Assembly: GCA_951406725.2 (NCBI GenBank)
Contig: OX597843.1
Location: 7,378,001-7,442,000, forward strand
Origin: Octopus vulgaris
Lineage: Eukaryota
Direction: 5' to 3'
Length of the DNA stretch: 64,000 nt
In this document: piece by piece, positions 41,739-53,786 of the stretch
Position numbering within the stretch: position 1 is the first letter of the stretch
Layout of the letters: every line of letters starts with the position of its first letter
Position numbers and translations under genes: made by a program
Notes under the pieces: generated by a model
Seen by the model: the letters and a program-made list of their open reading frames with translations, nothing else
What the model was told of the DNA's origin: nothing
The model's database searches: none

Positions 41739-41827
41739 ATGTATGTATGTATGTATGTATGTATGTATGTATGTATGTATGTATGTATGTATGTATGTAT
41801 GTATGTATGTATGTATGTATGTATGTA

Positions 41828-41890
<63 letters not shown>

Positions 41891-41918
41891 ATGTATGTAT
41901 GCATGCATGTATGTATGT
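41739..41918. repeat. (TATG)n/(TG)n microsatellite
   Basis: Directly visible. Confidence 0.95.
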
Positions 41919-41919
41919 A

Positions 41920-43586
41920 AAGAATTCCTGGTAGAAGTAGGTGTACACCAAATCTCAGCCCTCAGTCCCCTTTTATTCATCATAGTCCTCCAGGCAATAA
42001 CAGAGGAATTCAAAACAGGTTGCCCCTGGGAGCTCCTCTATGCTGATGACCTGGCTCTCATAGCAGAATCACTACCGGAACTAGAAAAGAAATTTCGGGT
42101 GTGGAAACAAGGGTTAGAGTCAAAGGGCCTTAGAGTAAATGTAGCAAAGACCAAAGTTATAGTAAGCAGAAAGGCGAACTCAGCACACACCCCATCGGGC
42201 AGGTGGCCCTGCTCGATCTGTAGGAAAGGTGTAGGTAGAAACTCCATAAGATGCATCCAGTGTAAGCTATGGACGCATAAGAGGTGCAGCAACATCAAAG
42301 GGAAATTAATTGATAAGATAGCTTTCATGTGCGGCAGATGCACAGGGACAATAGACACCACAAATACTCAGAAAACAGATTCCATCACACCCCAGGGGGA
42401 GAAACTAGAAGTAGTTGATAGTTTCCGCTACCTGGGTGACCAAGTTAGTAGTGAAGGTGGATGCTCAGAGAGTGTCACCACTAGAATACGAATAGCCTGA
42501 GCAAAGTTTAGAAAGCTCCTACCCCTACTGGCGACAAAGGGTCTCTCACTCAGAGTGAAAGGTAGATTGTATGATGCATGTGTGCGAACTGCCATGCTTC
42601 ACGATAGTGAAACATGGGCCGTGACTGCAGAGGACATGCGTAGACTTGAAAGAAATGAAGCTAGCATGATCCGCTGGATGTGTAATGTCAGTGTGAACGC
42701 ACGACAGAGTGTAAGCACCCTGAGAGAAATGCTGGGCATAAGAAGCATCAGATGTGGTGTGCAAGAGCGACGCTTGCGATGGTATGGTCATGTACTGTGG
42801 ATGGATGAGGAGAGATGTGTGAAGAAGTGCCGCTCCCAAACAGTTGAAGGAATCAGGGGGATAGGTAGACCCAGGAAGACATGAGATGAGGTTGTCAAGC
42901 ATGACCTCAGAGCGTTGGGCCTCACTGAGGCAATGGCGAAGGACCGAGATCTCTGGAGATGTGCTGTGACTGCAAAGACCCGGGATGCTTCCGGCACCAG
43001 TTCCGCATAGCCCCTGCCCATTCAAAGTACCTTGGATCCCAGAACATCTCGCTGTGCTTGAGGAGACCTGTTGAGTCAAGTGCATGTACATGAACATCGA
43101 AACAAATATCAATGGAAATAGTAGTTGTGATACCTGTGCCGGTGGCACATAAAAAGCACCATCCAAACGTGGCCGTTGCCAGCGCCGCCTCGACTGGCTT
43201 CTGTGCCGGTGGCACATAAAAAGCATCATCCGAACGTGGCCGATGCCAGCGCCGCCTCGACTGGCTTCTGTGCCGGTGGCACATAAAAAGCACCATCCGA
43301 ACGTGGCCGATGCCAGCGCCGCCTCGGCTGGCTTCCGTGCCGGTGGCACGTTAAAAGCACCAACCAATCGTGGCCGATGCCAGACCCCCTGGCACCTGTG
43401 CAGGTGGCACGTAAAAAGCACTCACTACACTCGCGGAGTAGTTGGCGTTAAGAAGGGCATCCAGCTGTAGAAACACTGCCAGATCAGACTGGAGCCAGGT
43501 GCAGCCCCTGGCTTCCCAGACCCCAGTCGAACCGTCCAACCCGTGCTAGCGCGGAAAACGGACGTTAAACGATGATGATGATGATA
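41920..43586 (+). mobile_element. RTE-clade LINE 3' half with 3' UTR and (GAT)n tail
   Basis: GVHQ..LSPLLF, YADD, FRYLG, RLRWYGHV, GRPRKT; in-frame stops at 42498 and 42882. Confidence 0.92.
43135..43420. repeat. ~67-bp tandem repeats within the RTE 3' UTR
   Basis: gtgccggtggcacataaaaagcacc repeated 4-5 times. Confidence 0.85.
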
Positions 43587-43587
43587 A

Positions 43588-43650
<63 letters not shown>

Positions 43651-44519
43651 ATATATATATATATAGGCGTAGGACTGACTGTGAGGTAAGTAGCTCGCTT
43701 ACCACCCATAGAGTTCCGGGTTCAGTCCGACTGCGTGGCATTTTGGGCATACATATATATAATGTATGTATGTGTGTCTATACTTATATCTTCAGCTTTA
43801 TGTGTGTGTTTGCCTGTGTGTGTGTGTACGTGAGGTGTGCATGTCTGTGTGTGTGTACATTGTGAACATAGAGATGACTGAATTTTCATGTTCTGATTAT
43901 CGCCTTGTTGAACATGCCAAAGGGCCTTTATCCGATCATATTTGCCGTTAGGTAATATTTTCGCGCGCGCGCACACACACACACACTCACACACACTCAC
44001 TCACTCACTCACTCACTCACTCACTCACTCACTCACAGGGTTAAATGCATTTTTAAAACCTTTATCAAAATTCGAGTGCACCTAAAAAGATCAGTTCCGG
44101 CACCTGTGTAGACCATACATGCCATCACATATGTCATACACACGGCAGCTTAAAAGAGAGATGATAAAAAATGCTATATAGGTTTGATATTATTTAACCC
44201 TAGGTAAGTATTGATCGACCTCGCCGATGATCCCAACCAACCATATCTTCCCGTACTTTTTGTTTTTCGATTTCACTGCATTTAAAACTACCTTATACCA
44301 CGTGACTCTTCTAAACACTATGCTACGATTCGAGGAAGATGTGGCTGCAATCTGTGTGTAGGCGCAGGCGGCTCTGTGGTATAATATTTGCTTTCCGACG
44401 AAATGGTTCCGGTTTCTGTTCCACTGCACTGTACTTTGTGCAACTGTCTTTACTATAGTCTGGTGGATTTGGTATATGGAAACTAAAAGAAGCCTGTCGC
44501 ATATATATATATTATTATT

Positions 44520-44910
44520 GTTATTTCGTGTTATTTTTGTATTCATATTCGTATAACATCGTCCGTTTTTCTGTCCTTGTTTCGTATACATTCGAAGCTT
44601 TTTTCCAAGGAATCTAATGCGCTTAGCTTAGTTTTTCCTTGGGGCTGGTCAGATTGGAGCAATCTCAAAATTAATCAGCCGAAATTGCGAGGATGATCCG
44701 GTTCTTCACTGAAGATTGAAGGCTTCGAATGACCCGTCCGTGTTTTTTGTATCGTCTTCTGAATGTTTTGCTAATTTTTCAGCGAGTTTACTGTAAACAT
44801 TAGCTTTTACACAATCGTTTTGGTGAGTGTACCAAGCGTTTATCAGTGAACTGATTACATTTTCAACCCAGTAGTGTTTTGGAATATTATTGGCCATATT
44901 CAGTGGATAT
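44520..44910. repeat. Unclassified hairpin-rich interspersed repeat
   Basis: Homologous to 5835-5958; stems cattcgaagc/gcttcgaatg, ccaaggaa/ttccttgg and ggctg/cagcc. Confidence 0.5.
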
Positions 44911-44993
44911 ATGCGTGTGTGGGTAAATGCACGTATATATGTATGTAAATATATATAAATATATATATGTATATATCTATGTATGTATATGTA

Positions 44994-45056
<63 letters not shown>

Positions 45057-45109
45057 ATATTGATATGTGTATGTTTGCATATATATATACTTGTATATAT
45101 ATGTATATA

Positions 45110-46903
45110 GATGAAGTAATGACATCAATAATTAAATTGAATCTTGGTAGGGCACCTAGAAAGGATGGAATTTGTGCTGAGGTCTTGCGATTTGGTGGTA
45201 ATTGCATCACGCAGTCCCTTCATGAACTTATTAGTGCAGTCTGGAGGGATGGTGCAATCCATAAAGACTGGAAGGATGCAATTATTCTTCCTCTATATAA
45301 AGGAAAAGGAGCCAGAACAATGTGTGGTAACTACAGAGGTATTGCTCTACTATCAGCTGCTGGTAAGGTTCTGGTAAATATTCTTCTTGCCCGTCTGAAT
45401 GGGTGTCTCGTAAATGATGTCCTATCTGAATCTCAATGTGGCTTCCGATCTGGTAGAGGGACAATGGATATGATTTTCACAGCAAGACAGATGCATGAGA
45501 AGTGCTATGAGCAGAATATGGATCTTGTCCAGGTATTCATTGATTTAGCTAAGGCCTTAGATACCGTAAATAGGGCCTTTCTATGGAAAATACTTGGCAA
45601 ACTTGGATGTCCGGATCACTTTGTATCTATAATTAAATCATTTCATGATGGGATGGAGGCTTAGGTCAATGTTGGTGGTGCCATGGTGGGACCCATTCCT
45701 GTAGAGAATGGTGTCAAGCAGGGTGACATCCTTGCCCCAACTCTCTTTTCTTTGTACTTTGCTGCTACTTTTACTCATGCTTTTGCTAAGGTTAGCTCTC
45801 TGGGAATATATATCAGATATCTATCTTCTGGCCGCCTCTTTAATCTTCGCCAATTTGCTGCCAATTCAAAGGTTTTCCAGACTATTATTCGTGACCTCCT
45901 TTATGTAGATGACTGTGACTTAGTCACTCATACAGTAGATGACATGCAAATAATCATGAATTGCATTTCTGCTTCTTGCAGAGCATTTGGACTCAGCATT
46001 GGCCTGGACAAGACTGTTGTAATGTTCCAGCCTGCACCCGGAAATCCATATATAGAACCAGCTATCTTCGTTGAAGGAACAATTCTGAAGGTAGTAGACA
46101 AGTTTGTCTATCTGGGCAGCACACTCAGCCGTTCTTGCTCCTTGGATGAGGAACTATCTTTCAGGTTGCAGAGAGCAACTAATTCCTTCCAGTCTCTTCA
46201 GTCTCGTGTCTGGTACCAACATGGCATCGCAAGGAGAACAAAAGTTGCTGTGTACCGTACTTATGTACTGACATCGCTTCTCTACTCATGTGAGATATGG
46301 ACTCTGTACAAACGTCAGGTAAGGGTCCTTGAACGTTTTCATCAGAGATGTCTCAGACACATTCTCAATGTTGGCTGGACTTCAAAAACTCCCGACACAC
46401 AGATCCTGAGGACAGCTGATATCTTGAGTATTGAAGCGGTGGTGCACAAGCACCGGTTGCGTTGGACTGGACACCTTATTCGAATGAAGGATAGAAGGAT
46501 TCCTAAGCAGATGCTCTATGGAGAACTTGTGAATGGAAGGAGAGTCCGGCAGAAACCAAGGCTGCGATTTAAGGACTGTGTCAAGTCCTCATTAAAGGCC
46601 TGTGATATGCAGGACACTGACTGGGAGAGCAATACCTGTCATCGCCACAGATGGAGGACACTTTTGAGAGAGCACGTATCCAGCATGAAGAACTTAAGCG
46701 AGCTGCGCGAAAGCACACGGCTCGTATAGTGAATGGGGAAAGCTTGGTCTGCAATGTTTGCAGTCGTGTATGCTTGTCAAGAGCAGGGCTCATTAGCCAC
46801 CAACGGAGCCGCAAATGCAAAATATAAGTTAGTCCTAGAGCGCACAATGTTCCTGAAGGTCGGCAATGGTCTTCCTCGGTCATGAGTGGAGGCCATTATT
46901 ATT
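45110..46903 (+). mobile_element. 5'-truncated RTE (BovB-like) LINE, RT domain to (ATT)n tail
   Basis: [47 protein letters not shown]; stop at 45662. Confidence 0.93.
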
Positions 46904-46931
46904 ATGTATTCACACACACACACACACACAC

Positions 46932-46992
<61 letters not shown>

Positions 46993-48965
46993 TATGTATG
47001 CCCGCGCACCGTCTTTAGTCAAACAAAACGTACTCTAGGACTTATTCTTTGGAATGCTAGTACTCATTCTAACCGTTACGTTACGGCAGCGTATGTGTGG
47101 ACTGTGCTCAAACACGCACAAACACACATACGTCCGAACACACACACACATAGATACATGCAAAGATGCACACTTGTAGGTATTTATGCTTTAAATATGT
47201 TGACTTTAAAACTTTGACATTCTGAAGAAATTAAATGAGTGTGTTTGTAAGCCAATATGTGTGTGTGTGTGCTTTAATTTCTGTGTCTGTGTTTGCGCGC
47301 ACCTGTGTGACAGAGTGTTTCCGGTTCAATGTTTGTGCCTGAGTGTGTGTGTGTGTGTGTGAATGAGTGAGTGTGTACATGTGTGTTTTCATTGCTAGGT
47401 GTGTGAGTTTGTAACTGTGTTTTCATTTCTGTGTGTGAGTATGTGTGATTATTTTCATTTCCGTGCGTGTGTGTGAGTGAATGTAATTATTTCTATGTGT
47501 TCGAGTTTGTGCGTTTGTGAGTGTGTAACTGTGTGTTTTCATTTCTGTGTTTGTGCGTGTGTGTGAGTGAGTGTTTTCATTTCTGTGTTGGAAATAGGTC
47601 AGATAGCAATATCAATCAGGATACGTTGAAGTGACCCCTGACCTGTTGGGAGTTTGGTAATTTGGTGCACTACGTTCATTGACAAGTGTTGATATGTGCG
47701 TGTGGAAAACTGGAAATGATCTTACGATCTCTTGTATTTTATCTTTGATCTGTTTTACAGATCCAGGTACTGTGTGCGCATACGTTTGTGTGTGAGTGAA
47801 TGTATTTATTTCTATGTGTTCGAGTGTGTGCGTTTGTGTTCCTCCTACTACTACTACAGTCTACCTCTCTTTCTCTCTCTCTCTCTACCACCACCACTAT
47901 CATTCGTACACTGTAACCGCTCACCACCACTCCCACCATCATTATACAGTCGCTATCACCACCCCATCAGTAGAGTAACTTCTCCCCACCACTATCACCA
48001 TCATCGGTACACCGGTATCTCCCGCCAGCCCCACATCAGTTCTGAGTAACTTTCACCACAACCACAACAGTCACCATCACCACTCTCATCGGTACAGAGT
48101 GTTCTATCACGACATTATCTCTCACCACACCACAACACCGTCACCACCATCAGTACAGAGTGACTTCATCTCACCACGACGCACTTTTTACCTTTTACTA
48201 CCACCACCATCAGCAGCAGCTCTTAGTGCAATGTTTAAAAGCCATTATCAAACTCACTACAAGGATTATTATGTTGCTATCTCTTCCGCTCGTGTGTCCA
48301 AATGGTCACCCTGTCGTGGACTTACGATCACCCCCACACTGAATGAAGCCTTAGGCCAGTCCCTTACCTCCACCTTGGACAATGAAAAGGTCAGTATATT
48401 ACACATTTAAATACATATAAACATTGTAAACAACACGGTTTTAGTTTGTTTCCTTATGGTGCGTGGTTTTTGCTGAAATCCGCGTTGTCGATCATGTTTA
48501 AAACCCCTACTTCTACAGTCTTTACTGAACCAGTAGGTGGATTATGGGTGATCGGAGAGACGTTCCAACCGTGACCGATCGGAAAACTATGTCATCGATG
48601 TATATGGCTCTTTCTATACATATATATGACAATTTTTCCAAGGACAATGGTTAAAATTCAAACTTGTTTTATTTTATTATTTTTTTAAAATATATTTTAC
48701 ATGCATACATATATAATACATATGTATATTTACACATGCTCATATGTGCATGCATGTACATATTTATACACAAATATACACAACATACGGCACACACATA
48801 CCCAGACACGTATACACACATATACATCTACACATACGTACATACATATCAAACAATGTACGCTCGCACGGTTATATATAACTGCATATATGTATTTTAG
48901 TACCATGCGTTTCAACATTTATGCATGGATTACTACATGTAAATGAGAGAGAGAGAGAGAGAGAG
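46770..48965 (+). repeat. Duplicated block B, copy 1 (partner 50444-52925)
   Basis: Near-identical sequence and ORFs (47732 vs 51340, 48099 vs 51713). Confidence 0.93.
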
Positions 48966-48967
48966 AG

Positions 48968-50443
48968 ACTTGAGTGGACTCCATCAACTACCACATGTTG
49001 TGTTATATTCGCCAGGAAATACTTGATCTAGTTGAGATTGGGCGATAGTTGAGTGCGAGGGATCTGTTTCCCTGTTTGAAAACCGGGATGACCGGCTGGG
49101 ATAGAAACTGTTTTGGTATATAACCTGCGTCTAACGAATTTCTCCAGAGGTTGGTCAGAGGGACTGCAAGTTGGTGTCTACATTCCTTCAGGAGACTAGC
49201 GGGGAATCTATCAGGGCCTACAGCAGAGTAGTATTTGATCTCATTTATTGCTGCTGTGATGTCAGTGGCAGTGAAGGTTATGTCTGAGATTTTATGTTGA
49301 GGGTCAACTTCGTTCGCTTCTCTTGCGTCAATATCAGACAGAGCAATATTGTTTCTGCAGTATTTCTGCCATTTCTTTAGCATCGTGTTGGGGAATGCCG
49401 TTTTCATCAATCAATGGCCCAATGGGTGAGACAGTGGTTCTATGCTTATTTGCATAAGAATAGAACACTTTTGGGTTCTGTTTGATGTTTTTGATTACCC
49501 ACTGTTCCTCCACAGCTCTTTGATTTTCAATGGAGGTTTTCATGTCGTTCTGTAGATGAAGTTTTTCCAGCTCTAGCCTTTTCATTGTTGTTGAATTTGG
49601 ATGTTGTATGTGGGAATATTTTAATTGGTTGATTTTGTTTGTTGAGTCTTTTGATGCGCCTGATGAGTGTTTTTTTCTTTTTAGGGAGCCGGTTTCTGTT
49701 TGTGTTAGTAGATTTCATGGGAGCGTGTTTAGCGCATGTATAGGTGACAATGTTTTCAAAGTGCTGCCATGCGGTCTCAGTATGGATGGAATTGAGAGTG
49801 AAAGACAAGTCGATGCAAGACAGATCCTTTCTGGTTGCTCCCCAGTCCGCTTTGTGGAAGTTTATGTTGTCAAATGAGTGCCATGGAGTGGTATTGGCTG
49901 GTTTGGTTTTTATATGTCGGGAATTGAAATTGCAGAGTATCATGTCGTGGTCTGAGAGGATAGTTTTTTCAACTGAAATACTGTGAACGAAGCTAGAGTG
50001 ATTGGTCAATACCAGATCCAAGATCGTTTTATTCTGTCTCGTTGGTTCGAGCACTAGCTGAGTCAGCAAGTATTCATCCATGCGATTAAAGAGCAGTTCT
50101 GCTGCTGCTCTATCTGATGTAGAGCATTTGCCTAACTTCAGAGTATTTGTGGGCCAGTACACATAAGGAAGGTTAAAATCACCCATCACTAGTATGTTTC
50201 CGGAGTTGTACTTCCGAATGAAGGACTTGACTTTACTAAGGCACTCTTCAAAGCACTTTAGAGGTGCTTGGGGAGGCCTGTAAAGACCAACAATGATTAT
50301 GTCCTTGGCCTTGCTGAATAGTGATACAGATTCACAATAGCCATTGGAAAATATGTCTTTGGCATCAAGTGAAAAGGAGTCATGGATAAAGATGGCTGTC
50401 CCTCCCTTATTTCGGTCTGTGCGATCCACACGAACAATGGTGA
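48968..50443 (-). mobile_element. Duplicated internal piece of the CR1 LINE (copy of about 39325-41083 with a ~285-bp deletion)
   Basis: ORFs 49527-50429 and 49003-49410 are nearly identical to 40166-41320 and 39564-40049 and share the same frameshifts. Confidence 0.93.
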
Positions 50444-52925
50444 ATGCTTGTCAAGAGCAGGGCTCATTAGCCACCAACGGAGCCGCAAATGCAAAATATA
50501 AGTTAGTCCTAGAGCGCACAATGTTCATGAAGGTCGGCAATGGTTTTCCTCGGTCACGAGTGGACGGCCATTATTATTATTATGTATTCATATATATATA
50601 TATTTATGCCCGCGCACCGTCTTTAGTCAAACAAAACGTACTCTAGGACTTATTCTGTGGAATGCTAGTACTCATTCTAACCGTTACGTTACGGCAGCGT
50701 ATGTGTGGACTGTGCTCAAACACGCACAAACACACATACGTCCGAACACACACACACATAGATACATGCAAAGATGCACACTTGTAGGTATTTATGCTTT
50801 AAATATGTTGACTTTAAAACTTTGACATTCTGAAGAAATTAAATGAGTGTGTTTGTAAGCCAATATGTGTGTGTGTGTGCTTTAATTTCTGTGTCTGTGT
50901 TTGCGCGCACCTGTGTGACAGAGTGTTTCCGGTTCAATGTTTGTGCCTGAGTGTGTGTGTGTGTGTGTGAATGAGTGAGTGTGTACATGTGTGTTTTCAT
51001 TGCTAGGTGTGTGAGCTTGTAACTGTGTTTTCATTTCTGTGTGTGAGTATGTGTGATTATTTTCATTTCCGTGCGTGTGTGTGAGTGAATGTAATTATTT
51101 CTATGTGTTCGAGTTTGTGCGTTTGTGAGTGTGTAACTGTGTGTTTTCATTTCTGTGTTTGTGCGTGTGTGTGAGTGAGTGTTTTCATTTCTGTGTTGGA
51201 AATAGGTCAGATAGCAATATCAATCAGGATACGTTGAAGTGACCCCTGACCTGTTGGGAGTTTGGTAATTTGGTGCACTACGTTCATTGACAAGTGTTGA
51301 TATGTGCGTGTGGAAAACTGGAAATGATCTTACGATCTCTTGTATTTTATCTTTGATCTGTTTTACAGATCCAGGTACTGTGTGCGCATACGTTTGTGTG
51401 TGAGTGAATGTATTTATTTCTATGTGTTCGAGTGTGTGCGTTTGTGTTCCTCCTACTACTACTACAGTCTACCTATCTCTCTCTCTCTCTCTCTCTCTCT
51501 ACCACCACCACTATCATTCGTACACTGTAACCGCTCACCACCACTCCCACCATCATTATACAGTCGCTATCACCACCCCATCAGTAGAGTAACTTCTCCC
51601 CACCACTATCACCATCATCGGTACACCGGTATCTCCCGCCAGCCCCACATCAGTTCTGAGTAACTTTCACCACAACCACAACAGTCACCATCACCACCCT
51701 CATCGGTACAGAGTGTTCTATCACGACATTATCTCTCACCACACCACAACACCGTCACCACCATCAGTACAGAGTGACTTCATCTCACCACGACGCACTT
51801 TTTACCTTTTACTACCACCACCATCAGCAGCAGCTCTTAGTGCAATGTTTAAAAGCCATTATCAAACTCACTACAAGGATTATTATGTTGCTATCTCTTC
51901 CGCTCGTGTGTCCAAATGGTCACCCTGTCGTGGACTTGGGCCAGTTCCTTACCTCCACCTTGGACAATGAAAAGGTCAGTATATTACACATTTAAATACA
52001 TATAAACATTGTAAACAACACGGTTTTAGTTTGTTTCCTTATGGTGCGTGGTTTTTGCTGAAATCCGCGTTGTCGATCATGTTTAAAACCCCTACTTCTA
52101 CAGTCTTTACTGAACCAGTAGGTGGATTATGGGTGATCGGAGAGACGTTCCAACCGTGACCGATCGGAAAACTATGTCATCGATGTATATGGCTCTTTCT
52201 ATACATATATATGACAATTTTTCCAAGGACAATGGTTAAAATTCAAACTTGTTTTATTTTATTGTTTTTTTTTTAATATATTTTACATGCGCAGGAGTGG
52301 CTGTGTGGTAAGTAGCTTGCTAACCAACCACATGGTTCCGGGTTCAGTCCCACTGCGTGGCATCTTGGGCAAGTGTATTCTGCTATAGCCCCGGGCCGAC
52401 CAATGCCTTGTGAGTGGATTTGGTAGACGGAAACTGAAAGAATCCTGTCGTATATATGTATATATGTATGTATGTGTGTGTGTCTGTGTTTGTCCCCCTA
52501 GCATTGCTTGACAACCGATGCTGATGTGTTTACGTCCCCGTCACTTAGCGGTTCGGCAAAAGAGACCAATAGAATAAGTACTGGGCTTACAAAGAATAAG
52601 TCCCGGGGTCGATTTACTCGACTAAAGGCGGTGCTCCAGCATGGCCGCAGTCAAATGATTGAAACAAGTAAAAGAGTAAAGAGTATGCATACATATATAA
52701 TACAATGTGCATGCATGTACATATTTATACACAAATATACACAACATACGGCACACACATACACAGACACGTGTACACACATATACATCTACACATATGT
52801 ACATACGTATCAAACAATGTACGCTCGCACGGTTATATATAACTGCATATATGTATTTTAGTACCATGCATTTCAACATTTATGCATGGATTACTACATG
52901 TAGAGAGAGAGAGAGAGAGAGAGAG
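50444..52925 (+). repeat. Duplicated block B, copy 2, starting with the RTE 3' end
   Basis: Matches 46770-48965 apart from a SINE insertion and a ~30-bp deletion near 51937. Confidence 0.93.
52291..52684 (+). mobile_element. Full-length young SINE family A insertion
   Basis: A box tggctgtgtgg, B box ggttcagtccc, cttgggcaag, internal microsatellite, tail aagagtaaa; atgc duplication; empty site at 48700. Confidence 0.93.
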
Positions 52926-53079
52926 GTGCTTATAGAATACTTGTTCTAAACGATTATCAAGAACACACACTCACACATGAATCATAAACTCCGTATTTTT
53001 GTACGTGTTCCGCAAAAAAAAAAACAGAAGAAAATAAGCTGTAAATGTATCTATTTTACAATTTATGAACCAAGCAAAT

Positions 53080-53233
53080 ACGAAACTATGGCGGCTAAAA
53101 ACTGGTGTCTGACTTTTCGCAAAGCATTGTGGGATTGTTGTCGTATGCTTTTCAATGGCGACGGTCTCTGTTTTTTTATTGAATTTTCGTCTTTGAATGT
53201 TTTTCCTGCAGCTAACAATTATGAAAGAAGTAG
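53080..53233 (+). promoter_or_regulatory. Candidate core promoter and first exon (copy 2)
   Basis: Identical YY1-like (53088) and ZNF143-like (53124) motifs, and donor after 53233. Confidence 0.45.
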
Positions 53234-53750
53234 GTAAGAAATTATTATTATTGTTATTGTTAATATCTAGAAAAAATAAGTGAGAGTAGTTGGTGACGAT
53301 GTAAAGAGAAAAGCTGAAGGAAGTCTGTTGTGACGGAAGGCCGCTCGGTTTTCATTTTATTTAGTGGCAAAATGTATAAAAAGTTTGGAGTTGAGGTTCA
53401 TAATTAAGATGTTGGTTAAAACGAAAGATTATCTTTCGTTTCTAGTAGACCTTTCCGTCGATTTCCGTAAAAAACTTTTATTTTTTTTTACATATGGGTT
53501 TGCGGGAACTTTTGAAGTAATGAGAGCGAAAGAGACTAAGAGGAAGCGATTGTATGAGGAGGGAATTTCTTTTTGAAGTTACCGCGAATGGGAAGCTTTG
53601 ATGTACATGTGTGTGTGTGTGTGTGTTTGATGGGGTGTGCGAGACAGAAAGTATGTTGTGTAAGTGAAGTGCTTCTGTTAGTGTGTGTGAAGAGACAGAG
53701 AGAGATAACTGAAATTTTTTACTCGGTGTATGTGTATATGTATGTATGCA

Positions 53751-53786
<36 letters not shown>

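Noticed and set aside
43135-43420. CRISPR-like repeats with a small hairpin
   Set aside because: Whole-unit tandem repeats within a LINE 3' UTR.
44700-44740. Canonical hammerhead at CTGAAGA...CGAA
   Set aside because: GAAT instead of GAAA, and no stem I pairing in either copy.
52291-52370. tRNA gene
   Set aside because: A and B boxes are present but there is no convincing cloverleaf; it is a SINE head.
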